From Chiloscyllium plagiosum (lineage: Eukaryota), in NCBI RefSeq assembly GCF_004010195.1, contig NC_057752.1, forward strand, positions 6,212,044 through 6,276,043: a DNA stretch of 64,000 bases. The letters are read 5' to 3'. Position 1 is the first letter of the stretch. Every line of letters starts with the position of its first letter. This document shows positions 12,561 through 25,877 of the stretch, in pieces. The notes under the pieces were generated by a model that was given only the letters and a program-made list of their open reading frames with translations, made no database searches and had not been told where the DNA came from. A program made the position numbers and the translations under genes.

Positions 12561-13140
12561 GATAACAAGGCCTGGTGTGTAGGGGCTGGGATAAGGACAT
12601 GGGAGAAGGTGCCTCAAACCCTAAGATTGTTGAACTCGATATTGACCCCAGAAGGCTGTATAGTTCCCAAGTGGAAAATGAGGTGCTGTTCTTCCAGCTT
12701 GCACTGAGCCTTGCTGGAGTACTGCAGCAAGCCTGAGACAGAGATGTTGGCCAGGGAACAAGGTGGTGTGTTGAAGTGTCCTTACCCCAGCTCTCACACA
12801 CCAGGCCTTGTTATTACACAGCACCCATCATTAACCACTAATTGTCCATTGTTAGCTATTCATTCTCCTAGGCTGATCGTTATCCACTCCTTTGTCTGTC
12901 CAACGGTTCTTCTCTCTCTTTGGGCTCTATCTCTATCTATTACCTCAACCCCACCCCCAACCTATCTTCTGCATAAGAACAAACTTTTTCCTAGCTACTA
13001 TCAGTTCTGAGGAAGGGTCACTGAACCTGAAATGTTAACTCTGATTCCTCTCCACAAACGCTGCCAGACCTGCTGAGCCTTTGCAGCTATTTCTGTTCTT
13101 GTTGTTGATTTCCAGCGTCTGTAGTTCTTCCAATTTTACC
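12561..13140. mobile_element. Penelope-like fragment with internal inversion and degenerate hammerhead
   Basis: 12562-12599 is the reverse complement of 12776-12814; GIY-YIG C-terminal sequence on the minus strand; ctgaggaagggtcactgaacctgaaatgtt at ~13007-13036. Confidence 0.8.
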
Positions 13141-13974
13141 AAGATTATTGGGAGTAGGTGGCAATGTGGAATGAAAAAGAGGCCAGGGTCAGATCAGCCA
13201 TGATCATATTGAATGACAGAGCACATTTTCGGGGGGGGGCGCAGTTCGCCTGCTCCTACTCCTATGTTTGTTTGTGTGTTTGTCCCTTCACTCTTGTGAC
13301 ACCCCCAAACATTGTACTTCATTTAATTTTGTCCTGTGAGTTGTACCGAATATGTTTCCTGGAAACACAAACCCCTCCAAAAACTAACAGTGAAATTAAT
13401 TACGGTACATTTGTAAATTACAGGGACCTTCATTTCCAGGCCTCGAAACTTTACTTTTTATGTGAAATAAGAACTTCTCCAGGGGAAGGAATGAAAATCA
13501 ATATTCCAGATTGAAATCATCAATTGCAGTTTGAGTTTGTTACCAGGCACAGAGATGCATATCTGTGATTTATAAAGCAGCAATTTCACTCAAGCTATGT
13601 CATGACAGCTGAACTCAAGAGAAACCAGGGAGTAATTAGTGCCTAAACTCATTCCAGCTCATTGTAATCCTCAATAATATATTAAGTAAATGGTTCAAGA
13701 TTTTCTCCCCCAAGCAAAAAAAAATCCCTGAACCTTTTTTAATTCACTTATCAGTGGATGGTTTGGTAATAGGGTCATAAATATGCTCGTGACAAAACAG
13801 CTGAAAGGTTTATTTTGTTTTCTGTTTTACATTTGTTCCCAGTACTGCTGCTGCTAATCTCAACTGTCACTCACACTGACTTTCACCATGCAGGGTGACT
13901 TGAAGTTTATTGAACAATCATTACACAGTCATTAACTGCAAATTTCCATCTCTGCTGCATATTATTTTTTAAAA

Positions 13975-14370
13975 TTCGTTTATGGGATGTGGGCATCACT
14001 GGCTTGGCCAGTATTTATTTCCCATCCTTAACTGCCGTGGAGAAGGTGGTGGTGAGCTGCCTTCTTGAAGCACCACAGTCCATCCTGTATAAGGACACCT
14101 ACAATGCTACTGGGGAGGAAGTTCCAGGGTTTTGACCCAGTGAATGTGATAGAATGACAAATATATTTCCTGGTTAGGATAGTGTATGGCTTGGAGGGGA
14201 TAGTGGTAGTATTACCATATGTTTGCTTCTTTTGTCTTCTTAGTTGGCAGAGGTCGCTGGTTTGGCAGGTGGTGTTGAAGGACCCTGGTACCTTGGTACA
14301 TTGCTGTAGTGCATCTTGTATGTAGTATACACTGCTATCACTGTACACCAATGGTGGAGGGACAGAATAT
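13975..14370 (-). mobile_element. CR1/L2-group LINE 3' end
   Basis: ORF 14028-14351 ends TGSKPWNFLPSSIVG...FKKAAHHHLL, a WNxLP..FK-type ORF2 C-terminus. Confidence 0.8.
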
Positions 14371-14549
14371 TTACGGTTAAAGTGCTTTAGTTCTTACAGA
14401 ATAAAAGTACTTTAGGAGCAGCAGCAAGAATTCTCTCATCTTGATGGAGTTTCCACATCACACTGTAAACCATGAGACCAGTAGCTCTTATAACAGATAT
14501 CAATAGCTGGACCTTCACTGAGTAATAAACAATAGTTCCTGGATGCTGC

Positions 14550-15092
14550 AGGGACAGCACGGTGGCTAAGTGGTTAGCACTGCTGCCTCACCTGATTCCA
14601 GCCTCAGAGGAGGGGTGATGCCTCGTGGTATTATTGCTGAACTGTTAATCCAGAGACCCAGGCAAGGTTTTGGGGACTTGGGTTTGAATCGTGACACAGT
14701 AGATGGTGGAATTTACATTCAGTATCTGGAATTCAGAGTCCAATGATGACCACGAATGCATTGTTGATTGTTGGAGAAATCCATCTAGTTCACTAATGTC
14801 CTTTAGGGAAGGAAATCCGCCATCTTTACCTGGTCTGGCCTACATGGGACTCCAGACCCACAGCAATGTGGCTGACTCTTAGCTGCCCTCATGGCAACAA
14901 GGGATAGTAATAAATGATGTCTGTTTGGAGTTTGCACATTCTCCCAGTCTCTGTGTGGGTTTCCTCCCACAGTCCAAGGATGTGCAGGTTAGGTGGATTA
15001 GCCATGGGAAATGATAAGGGGTGTCTGGGTGGGATGAGCTTTGGAGGGACTTAATGGGCTGAATGGCCTGCTTCCACACTGTAGGGAATCTA
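14550..15092 (+). mobile_element. HE1-like SINE split by a second tRNA-SINE (14608-14915)
   Basis: HE1 head at 14550-14607, third-family SINE body, then the HE1 V-domain resumes at ~14918 (tgtctgtttggagtttgcacattctcc). Confidence 0.82.
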
Positions 15093-15202
15093 TACATTTG
15101 AAAACCCACACTTTAAGCTTTAGTGCAATGATTCACCTGTAACATCCAATCCTTTAGCCCCATTGCAAGTGCTTTGTCTCTCTATTTTACTGGTCCTACC
15201 TC

Positions 15203-16880
15203 ATAGAGTCATAGAGATGTACAGCACAGCAACAGACCCTTCGGTCCAACTCATCCATGCCGACCAGATATCCCAACCTAATCTAGTCCCATTTGCCAGC
15301 ACCTGGCCCAAATCCCTCTAAACCCTTCCTATTCATATACCCATCCAGATGCCTTCTGAATGTTGTAAGTGTACCAGCCTGCACCACTTCCTCTGGCAGC
15401 TCATTCCATACATGTATCACCCTCTGGGTGAAAAAGTTGCTCCTAGGTCCCTTTTAAATCTTTCTCCTCTCACCCTAAACCTATGCCCTCTAGTTCTGGA
15501 CTCTCCCACTCCAGGGAAAAGACCTTGTCTATTTATCCTATCCATGCCCCTCATGATTTTATTATCCTCTATAAGGTCACCCCTCAGCCTCCAATGCTCC
15601 AGTGAAATCAGCCCCACCCTATTCAGCTTCTCCCTATAGTTCAAACCCTCCAGCCCTGGCAACATCTTTGTAAATCTTTTCTCAACCCTTTCAAGATTCA
15701 CAACATCTTTCCTACAGCAGGGAGACCAGAATTGCACACAATATTCCAAAAGTGGCCTAACCAATGTCCTGTACAACCACAACATGACCTCCCAACTCCC
15801 ATGCTCAGTGCTCTGACTAATAAAGGAAAGCATAAAAAAACGTCCTCACTATCCCATCTACCTGCAACTCCACTTTCAAAGAACTATGAACCTGCACTCC
15901 AAGGTCTCTTCATTCAGCAACACTCCCCAGGACCTTACCATTCAGTGTGTAAGTCCTGCCCGGATTTGCCTTTCCTGACATTTATCTAAATTAAACTCCG
16001 AGTCTCCCATGAGGAACCTTGTCGAACGTCTTACTGAAGTCCATTTAGATCATGTCCACTGCTGCGCCCTCATCAATCCTCTTTGTTCATTCATCAAAAA
16101 ACTCAATCTAGTTGGTGAGACATGATTTCCTACACACAAAGTCATGTTAACTATCCCTAATCAATCCTTGCCTTTCCAATTCCTCACTATCCTATCTACC
16201 TGTGACTCCACTTTCAAGGAGCTATGAACCTGCACTCCAAGGTCTCATTGTTCAGCAACACTCCCTAGGACCTTACCATTAAGTGTATAAGTCCTGCTAA
16301 GATTTGCTTTCCCAAGATGTAGCACCTCGCATTTATCTGAATTAAACTCCATCTGCCACTTCTCAGCCCATTGGCCTATCTGGTCAAGATCCTGTTGTAA
16401 TCTGAGGTAACCATCATCGCTGTCCACTACACCTCCAATTTTGGTGTCATCTGCAAACTTACTAACTCTACCTCTTATGCTCGCATCCAAATCATTTATG
16501 CAAATGACAAAAAGTAGAGGACCCAGCACCAAAGAGACCTACAGGGCAACTTTTTCACACAGAGGGTGGTACGTGTATGGAATGAGCTGCCAGAGGAAGT
16601 GGTGGAGGCTGGTACAATTGCAACATTTAAGAGACATTTGGATGGGTATATGAATAGGAAGGGTTTGGAGAGATATGGGCCGGGTGCTGGCAGGTGGGAC
16701 TAGATTGGGTTGGGATATCTGGTCGGCATGGACAGGTTGGACCGAAGGGTCTGTTTCCATGCTGTACATCTCTATGACTCGAAATACATGTAAACCCTGT
16801 CCCTCAGGATCCCCTCCAATAACCTGCCCACCACCAATGTCAGGCTCACTGGTTTATAGTTGCCTGGCCTTTCCTTACCT
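15203..16880 (-). mobile_element. CR1 LINE (15203-16178, resuming 16782-16880) with a nested 5'-inverted CR1 (16180-16780)
   Basis: ORF 15417-15833 RPLLEYCVQFWSP; ORF 16245-16532 KFADDTK on minus strand; 16531-16780 is a plus-strand 3' UTR with tatgactc tail. Confidence 0.9.
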
Positions 16881-17614
16881 TACCCGTCAGCTCTTAATAT
16901 AATCTAGTCAATTCTCTAACCTCTTTTCATCCTCTGCATTCTCACTGAAGGTTGTTTACCCACAGAGTGGTGAGGGTATGGTACTGTTCCACAGTCTGTG
17001 GTTATGGTCAATAGTATGGATTAATTTAAAAGGAATCTAGGTAAATACATTATAAAGAAAGGAATTGGATATGGCAGTAGCGTGCAATGTCTTGTGATTC
17101 TTGGGAGTTTGATATAATCACGCATTTAAACTCAAATGCTGGAGTTTCATCGATACCCAGACTGTAGTGCAGTAGTAAATAATGTGGCACTCTGGATATT
17201 TATGTTTACATATACGCAAGAACATACAGTTCCTCAATCACATTGGAATTAAAGAAGAATACAACAGGCTGAAGTGGGAGGGCCCTGTGCAGCACAGACA
17301 TCAGCAGGAACCTGAAACAACGGATATCCTCAGCCCACTCTCCCTCAGCCTTTTCATGTTCCTGAACCAGCAGAGTGTTGACAGCCCAAACTTGTCACCA
17401 CCTCATCATCACACGATACTCTGCCATCCTTTCTATTCCCTTTAACCTTGTCGTGTTGCATAGTGTGAGATCAGGGCACCTTCCTAAGCCTCTCAGGTTA
17501 AAAATAATACTGACTAGAAAGTATAGTCATTTTAATACTGGGCTCCTGATATTTAATAAAACTAAGATGTTGAGAAAGCCGGAAATCTTAAATAAAAACA
17601 GAAAATGATGGAAA

Positions 17615-17923
17615 TAGATTCCCTACAGTGTGCAAGCAGACCATGAGGCCCCTCAAGTCCACACCGCCCCTCCGAAGAATATCCCACCCAGACCCACTTC
17701 CCAAGGTTGGTCCACCTAACCTGCACATCCTTGGACACTACGGTCAATTTAGCACAGCCAATCTAAATAATCTGCACATTTTTGGGCTTTGGGAGGAAAC
17801 CACAGCACCCAGACACATAGAGAACATGCAGACTCCACACAAGACAGTCCCCCAAGGACGAAAGTGAACCCAGGTCCCTGGCACTATAAGGCAGCAATGC
17901 TAACCATTGAGCCACCATGCTGT
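17615..17923 (-). mobile_element. HE1-like V-SINE inserted in a Penelope terminal fragment
   Basis: Reverse-complement HE1 head and V-domain; flanks are aaataaaaacagaaaatgatggaaata and tactcagctggtcaggcagcatc. Confidence 0.85.
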
Positions 17924-18099
17924 CTACTCAGCTGGTCAGGCAGCATCAAGTCAAAATGTTAACTGTTCCTCACTGACCTAGTGAACCTTACTTCAATGTG
18001 AATGCAGTTGGTAGCCCCAAAATATGTGAAATGTTCTCGATTAATTCTTTCCAAATTTGACAGGCGTACAGTGTGTGCCCATGGTGGGATGGGGGTTGA

Positions 18100-18765
18100 G
18101 AAGGGAGCACTCTCACCTCTGAGTCAGAGGTTCTGGGTTCAATTCTCATTCCACACTGATGCTCTGTGGTAGCGCTGCACTAGCAGAGTTGCCATCTTTC
18201 AGGTGAGATGCTAAACTGAGGCCCCATCTGCCTGCTTCAGCAGATGTAAGAGATGTTATGATGTTATTTTAGAGGTTCACCAGGGAATTCTTCCTGGTGT
18301 CCTCACTGGTGTCCTCACCAATGTTTATCCCTCAATCAACGTGCTTGACAAAATATCTAGTCATTGTCACATTGCTGTTTGTCAGTGTTTGCTGTGCATA
18401 AACTGACTGCTGCTTTTCCTACATTACAATAGGGACCACACTTCAAAAAGTACTTCGAGAAAGGGAAAATACTATGGATGCTGGAGATCGGAAACAAACA
18501 CAGAAAATGCTGCAGAAGCTCATCAGGTCTGGCAGTATTTATGGAGAGAGAAACAGAGATAACATTTCAAGTTTGTTATGACTGTTCTTTGGAACGCAGT
18601 CATATCGGACTTAAAACATTAACTCTGCTTTTCTCTCTCCACAGGTGCTGGCATACCTGCTGAGTTTCTCCAGCATTTTCTGTGTTTGTTTCAAAAGTAC
18701 TTAGTTTGCTACAAAGTATATCTGTATGTTCTGAGGTTCTGAAACACTACAGAAATGCACCTTTC
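18100..18765 (+). mobile_element. SacSINE1-like DeuSINE, tail interrupted by a Penelope foldback (18456-18689)
   Basis: Deu-domain-like catctttcaggtgagatgctaaactgaggcccc...gtaagagat...ggtgtcct; duplicated ttcaaaa(a)gtactt around the insert. Confidence 0.8.
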
Positions 18766-19139
18766 TCAATGAAGAGCATCCAAACTAGATGGTACTCTAA
18801 CTCTGATCTCTGCTCTAAGATGATAACTAAGTTGCTGTTTTTATGACTACATGTGTCAGAACAGTGCACTGTCTAATACACTTGAAATGGCTACAATGGA
18901 AGACATGACTGACCACCTCAAGCAAACCCAGAGGTTACAGGCTGCAAATTAGCTCCTTGAATGGAGATTTTTACAATTAGCAGCATTTCCGTTTCACACT
19001 CCATGTTTCAGGTACTACATCACTTCAATTCCTCCCTGGCTAATGCACCAATTAGAGAGATGTTTCAATCAATCTAGGGCTCTGCCTCAGCTGCAGCAAT
19101 GTTCAGGGGACACTGTCCATCAGGATGGATGTGAAGGGG

Positions 19140-19590
19140 AGGGTACAGATAAGATTTATGAAAATGGTTCCAGCAGTGAGAGGTTTCAGGTACATAGATA
19201 GATTTGAGAAGTTGGGATTGTTCCCCTGGAGACCAGAAAGGACTTGATAGAGATGTTCAAAGTCATGAGAGGTCTGGACAGAGTAGATAGGAAGAAACTG
19301 ATCCTAACAGTAGAAGGATTGAGAACCAGAGGACAGTGATTTAAGATGAGAGGCACAAGAACCAAAGGCAACTTGAAGAAAAACTTCTTGCTTCACACAG
19401 TGACCGATTTGGATCTGGACTGCAATGCCTGAGAGTGTGGTGGAGGCAGATTCAATCGTGGATTTCAAAAGAGAATTGGATCATTACTTGGAGAGAAAAA
19501 GATTTCGGGCTCTGGGGAAAAGGTGGGAGAATGAACGATGTGAGTTGCAAGAGCCATCATGGGCTGACTGGCCTTCTTCTGTGCTGTAGT
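19140..19590 (+). mobile_element. Older CR1 subfamily 3' end
   Basis: gagaagttgggattgttcccctggag...ttgatagagatgttcaaagtcatgag...gtggtggaggcagattcaat. Confidence 0.75.
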
Positions 19591-19920
19591 TACCATTGAG
19601 TATAATATATGATACTCCCAGTTGTGGGAGTGTCAGAGCTGAAGTTATATTAGACTAGTTTCCAAGCCTGGCTCTGCCTTTGATTTTCTCCACACAGGAT
19701 AGCTGGTGCCTAATCTACCCCATATTCTTTACATTAGAGATCCAAACAATGTCCAAGTTCCCAAAATTGAGTTTATCATTGACTAGCTCATTGACCATTT
19801 TCATTGTTTCAAAGACCAAATTTTGTCCTTTGATTAACAGTTACCATGGCTTCATTCATATAATCAACTGCTCACCGACACCTACAGACATTTGCTTGAG
19901 CACCATTTTCTCATGTTTCA

Positions 19921-20212
19921 TAGAATCATAGAATCCCTATAGTGTGGAAACAGGCCATTTGGCCCAACAAGTCCACACCAACCCTCCGAAGAGTAACCCA
20001 CCCAGACCCACTCCCCTCCCCTATTGCTGTAGATTTACCCCTTACTAATGCACCTACACCTGCACATCCCTGAACACAATGGGCAATTTAGTAGAGCTAA
20101 TTCACTTAACCTGCACATCTTTGGATTGTGGGAGGAAGCTGGTGCACCCGGAGGATGCTCATGCACACAGACAGTCACCCGAGGCTGGACCCAGGTCCCT
20201 GGTGCTGTGACT
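19921..20212 (-). mobile_element. HE1-like V-SINE
   Basis: Reverse complement of the HE1 tail and V-domain. Confidence 0.85.
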
Positions 20213-20867
20213 TGGTTTCTTGACTTGAGTTGGCTTTAACTGTGAGACAAATACGAATAGCCAGTGTACAGGACTGTGCTGTGCACTGAGCCTCATTGAT
20301 GAAAGTAGCTATATTCAGCAAAGGTATTATGCTCTTCTCTATTACTCTCCCATGGAGCCTAATGCTTTCAGGTCACATTTGACTTCACTTAGGAGATATT
20401 CCCTATACTCAGCACCACCCTGAAATATTCGTTCACCTTGAGGTTTCCACAATTTATTGCTTTGGAGTGGCCAACTTGAGAACAAAAGTCCAGTCGTGGG
20501 GAAACTCTGTCCCTTTAAGCGACCAGCATTGTGAAACAAACTGCAGTGATGAACCGTCACCCGGAATTTAACCTGTGCCACTAACATGAAACAACAAGCG
20601 TGAAGGAGAATTTTATGTTGCTGGCCTCATTGTTGCTTTGTATCAAATAGTCCCTTCCTAGGTGGCATTCCTTCTTGTGTCTCTTATCATAAAGCCTATC
20701 TTATGGCTCTTTTACTTGAACAGTAGGGGACTCATTACGAGGAGCAAAGTTTTTGACAATCCAAAGTAAACTGCTCAGATGGAAGAACAATCGGATCACC
20801 AGACAGTAGGTAACCCCTCGTAAGTACTTTTCCCCACCAGCCCCGAAACTCCCCTACATGAGTGACT

Positions 20868-21488
20868 ACATTATGGCTTTAAGAGATGTATTTTGTCCTG
20901 TAGTTCTTTTTATGAAGAAAGATTGAGACAGAGGTATAGAGTGGTCTGCTCAAAGCCAATAAGGTATACAGCTTGTGAGGCCTTGGGTTTTTTAAAAAAT
21001 TGGAACAATAGAAGCAGCCTGAACGGGTGGGGTCAAGCTCCCACAGACCCAGGATTTTAGTTTAGCTTTCAGTAACTATTGGGGTTGTGAAAGTTGCGAC
21101 ATCTCAAATCTGGAGTTCTCTCTCTCTGAGTTTTCTCTTGATATTCTTTCCTCCTGGACTGGAGAATTGCCTGTGAGACAATCTATTTTACTGAATTTAT
21201 CTTTGCCAAGGGAATGTTTAGGGGATGTTAGTATCTTGCAATAGTTGCTGTTTAGTAGTTAAATAATCTCTTATTCTGTTAAAAATTCCAATAGTTAAGT
21301 TATTCCAATTCTTCTTTCTTTTGTGGAATTTTAACTTTAGGGCAAGAATAAAGTGTGTTTTGCTTCAAGTCTGGTAGTCTGACTGACTGGAACACAACGC
21401 CTTACATTTGCTTTTTAAAATAAGAAAAGGTGAGGGTCGAGGCTATCTCCTTGATGTGTCTGGGTGGGGTTTGGTCTGGTCCATAACA
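20868..21488 (+). mobile_element. Probable solo LTR
   Basis: Begins (ca)ttatgg, ends ggtccataaCA (short inverted termini), contains aataaa; related 3' end at 30485-30685. Confidence 0.6.
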
Positions 21489-22104
21489 TAGGTTGAGAGG
21501 CTGCTGATTCTAACTGCACAGTCTCAATGATTCCACCGGTTTTGTCTCTGTACAAATGAAGCTGTGACCTTCTAACATGGGCACTGACTCTTCTCAGGCA
21601 ATCTCAGTAAGGCCTGGCTATTCTGAAGGTGTTTTCTAACAGCCAAGGGACCCTGCTGCGCCCAACCATGTGTCAGAGAACTGGTTGAAATTGAACCAAA
21701 TGTGAGAATCAAGGTGTCCGTCAAGGTTAGGCCACTGAAACTGCAACCGTCGAAAGCAGAAGCACTTCCTCCTCTACTGCTGGGGTCAGCTGACCTGAAG
21801 TCACAGAATCTTACACCAAAAGATGAGGCCATTCAGTCCGCCAGTCCTTAGCTGGCTCTTTGAAATGGCTGTCAAATTTATTCCCACACCCCACTTTTTT
21901 TTCTCCTGTAATGCTGCAGATTCAAACTCTTTGAGAGTATGTCAGAAAATGCAGCTGCAGATTTCTCCATCAAACATCCCATTGACAGTGAATGTAAAGA
22001 ACGATCAGTTAATCTGTAGCAGTGACTCCGGATCAGAGAGGAAGGTTGACCAAGACAAGCAATTTTCTTCGAATGTGTTTCCTGATTTGAAAAGCTGGAA
22101 ACTA

Positions 22105-22435
22105 CAGTTAGCTTGTGGTTCTGTGGGCAGCATTCTCCCCACCCCTTCCGCTAGGTTACACAGTTCCAGATCCTGTCCTTCTCTAGAGGTTTGAGCATAA
22201 AACTCAACACTATCACTACAGTGTGATACTGAGGATCTGCTTCACTGTCAGAGCGGATGTCCTTTGGATGAGATATTAAACCAAGGCCCAGTCTGCCATT
22301 TCAGATGGATGTCAAAGATCCACAGTATGATTTAAAGAACAGGAGGGAAGTTCTCCCAGAGCCCTGCCAATATTTACCCCTCAATCATCATCACAAGAAG
22401 CAGATAGTTTGGGACTTCTTCATATTGGCTGTGAC
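22105..22435 (+). mobile_element. SacSINE1-like DeuSINE (truncated)
   Basis: ctttggatgagatattaaaccaaggcccag...gatgtcaaagatcc. Confidence 0.72.
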
Positions 22436-22559
22436 ATTTTCTATATTAATCAGAAGGCGGCTATTTGATCCATCACATCTCCGCAAGCTCACTGATCAGT
22501 TTGACTTCATACCAATCTCTGGGCTTTTCCCCATAATCCTGCCTAATGGATGATTGTTT

Positions 22560-24230
22560 AAATAGGAACAACACCCTCTGAATGCCTCAATTGAACCTGT
22601 CTCCATCATACTTACAAGCAGAGTATTCTAGACCCAAACTACTCGCTGTATAAAAAAAGTTCTTTACCAAAACACTATCCATGTTCTTCACACCGAAGTT
22701 TATCACTTCACAATTCTCTGCACTGAACTTTATCTGCCACTATCTCTACCAGTTTGTCAATGTCCTTTTGAACTCCTATACTGCCCTTCTCACAATTTAC
22801 AGTTTTCCCAAGTTGTGTGTCAGCCACAAACTTTGAAACTGTCCTCTGCATACCAAGATCTAGATCATTTATATGTATCTGGAAAAGCAAGTGTCTAATA
22901 CTGACCCTGGGGAACTCTACTAATAAGCTTCCCCTCACCTGAAAAATATCCATGAATCATTATGCTCAGTTTCCCATCCTGAGCTATGTTCCCTATCCCT
23001 TATATTCCATGACCTATAACTTTCCTCACAAACCTGTTGCACTGTATCAAGTGCTTTTCAGGAGTCTATGTACACCACATCAATGGCCTTGCCCTCATTA
23101 ACCATCTCTGTACCCTGTTTTACAAAAAAAACTCCAGTTAGTTAATTAGACACAATTTTCTCTAACAATTTCATGTTGATCTTCGAATCGATCCACACTT
23201 TTCCATGTCACTCTTAATCAATACCAAATAATTGATTCTGGAAGCTTTCTATCACTGACATTAAACCAACGGATCTGAAATCTCTGGGCTCATTGTTATC
23301 ACCTTTCTTGAACAAGAGCATAAAATTTACAATTCTCCAGTCCTCCACTATCACCCAACTCCAGGGAAGATTGAAAGATTGTCAGTGCCTCTGGAATTTC
23401 CACACTTGTTTTTTTCTACATCCTTGGATGCATTTCATCCTGACCTGGTGCCTTATCATCTTTAAATATTGACATCTTATTAAATACCTCCTCCTTATCA
23501 ATTTTAAGCCCTATACCTGTCATAAGCACATTTTTCTTTTTCAGATTTATTTCTATCTCTCGATTTGATTGACTTACCCTGCCCTTTTGAGGGGAATATA
23601 TCATCGACTGTGCCCAAACCATTTCTCTGATGGTTTATTATTCTACAGCTGTTTTTGATGTCAGTCTTTGCTTTCGGTTCATCTGGCCAAGCTTTGTTCA
23701 TGCTCCACTGAAGGTGGCTCTCTGCCAGCTGATTATTCTTACACTGGATTGATCAGGACCATCTCCCCAATCCTACCTATGTCATTAGTATCAATGTGGA
23801 CCATGACCGCTGGCTGTTCAGTCTCCTCCAGAAAACATTCCTGCAACCATTTTGTGACAACTTTGAGCCAAGCATCAAGGAGACAACACACCAGAGAGTC
23901 AAGTCAACAGCTGCAAAAACACCTGTGTGTTCCCTTAAGTAAAGAATCCTCCCCATCGGTACTGCCCTTTTGCTCTTCTCCCCTTCCTGTATAGCTGAGC
24001 CACCACTTGTGGCACTCCTCCGACTATCCATCACCCATATTCAGAACAGAAACCCAGTTAGTGAGCCGGACCTCTGGAGACTCCTGCACTGCCTGTCTGT
24101 TTCTCCTGGACTGTCTGACGGCCACTTGTTCCTTATCTGCTTGTGTCTAACTTACAATGTGACCACCTCTCTAAATGTGCTATCCATGCAGTTCTCTGCC
24201 TCAGGGATGCACCACCATGACTTCAGTTGC
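22560..24230 (-). mobile_element. Old CR1 LINE with ORF2 RT remnants and ORF1 esterase remnant
   Basis: SKFVADTQLG (22708-22953) and KAPGQDEMHPR (23416-23622); ~23740-23950 translates on the minus strand to GDS...VCCL...QPAVMVHIDTNDIGR, an SGNH-esterase-like CR1 ORF1. Confidence 0.8.
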
Positions 24231-24324
24231 TGCACAATAGGAACTACACTTCAAAAGTACTCCATTGGCTGTAAAGCACCTTGAGACAATGTCAAAGGTG
24301 GTATAGAAATGTAGTCTTTTTCTC

Positions 24325-24620
24325 ATTCACAGAATGTGCACGTCGCTGGGTCAGCATTTATTACCCATCCCTAATTGCTCAGAGGGTAGTTTAAGAGTCA
24401 ACCACATTGCTGTAGGTCTGGAGTCACATTGGCTATACCAGGTAGGACTGGTAGATTTCCTTCCCTAAAGGATGTTAATGAACCAGATGGGCTTTTCGGA
24501 CAATTGACAATGGTCTCATGGTCACCATTCAAATGGTGAGTAAGGGTTAAAACGATAGAAGTAGCCTGGTATTCTGGTTACTAGTTCAGTGACAGTACCA
24601 CTAACTACACCATCACCTCC
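24325..24620 (-). mobile_element. tRNA-derived SINE (third family)
   Basis: Reverse complement of the 14608-14915 type. Confidence 0.75.
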
Positions 24621-25284
24621 CCTTTAACATTTAACATAAGACATTCCTTTTTCTGCTGTTTTAACTGTGCCAACTGTCAGTGTATTTTATCCTTATTGTA
24701 CTTGAAGTTTCGTCTGTGAGGCCAGAAGACGATTGGCTTCTCACGGGACGAATAAACAATCTATGGCTTTCACATTTCTTGATTTACTTTATCATTTGAG
24801 TTGTTTTCAACCTTTTCCAGGAGCCTTGTAGTGGGCTTCAGACCCTCATCAAAAGTCTTTCTGAGAAAGACTGGCTTGCTCAACGACTCATCGTCAAAAC
24901 AACCCCGATTGAGGTGTTTTTGACACATTGCTTGAGAGCATGATATCTGACAAAAAAAAACACCAGTGATTGAACAAAGTCAAAATAACAGATGGTGAGG
25001 GATTAATTGCAGAAATGCATGTGGGCTTTTGCTGCTTTTGGGCAAGTGTATGCATGCCAAGACCAGTAAAGGGTCCGCTGAACGTGTGTAATCAATCTTT
25101 GACTGTCGGTTAATCTGCTTAATACGTGCAAGGCATGATTTCTTCTTGCTTTGCGGTGATGGCAAACAGCGACAGCTAAGGGGTTAGAGAAAGAAATGTT
25201 TAAAAACTGCAGATGCTGAAATTCAAAGTAGCCAAACAAGAGGCTGAAAGAACACAGCAAGCCAGCAGCATCAGGAGGTGGAGA

Positions 25285-25318
25285 AGTCAACGTTTCAGGT
25301 ATAACCCTTCTTCAGAAC
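25285..25318 (-). ncRNA. Minimal type I hammerhead ribozyme motif (Penelope pLTR)
   Basis: Reverse complement reads gtt-CTGAAGA-a-gggt tat acct-GAAAC-GTT-gact. Confidence 0.6.
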
Positions 25319-25877
25319 GAGATGAAGGGGTATGGGGAGGTACATATAAAGGTGTGGGAGGGGGTGGTCAGGAGTGGGGGGGGAAGGAGTGGGGAGAGTA
25401 GCACAATGGTGAGGTAGTGATAGGTGAACACAAGTAATGGGTATGACCTGGTTGGTCAATGGGAGGGATGAATCCAGTTGGTAGCTGTAAGGAAGGGTCG
25501 ATAAATGGAATGGAAGGGAGGAGGCGGGGTTGGAAAGAGAGCCAGGGGATGGGTGGGAAGGTTATTTGAAATTTGAGAACTCTATGTTAAGTCCTCCAGG
25601 CTGTAGGCTGCCCAGGTGGAAGGTGAGGTGTTGTTCCTCCAATTTGGGGTCTGATTCATTGCGGCAATGGAGGAGGCTGAGGATGGACATGTTGAAGGGG
25701 AAGTGGGAGGGGGAATTGAAATGAGTGGTGACTAGGAGGTCAGGCTGACCATTTTGGGCCTGGCAAAGATACTCAGTGAAATGGACACCTTGTCTACGTT
25801 TGGTCTCCCCGATGTAGAGAAGACCACATCAGGAGCACTGGAAGCAGTAGATTAGGTTGGAGGAGATGCAGGTGAAC

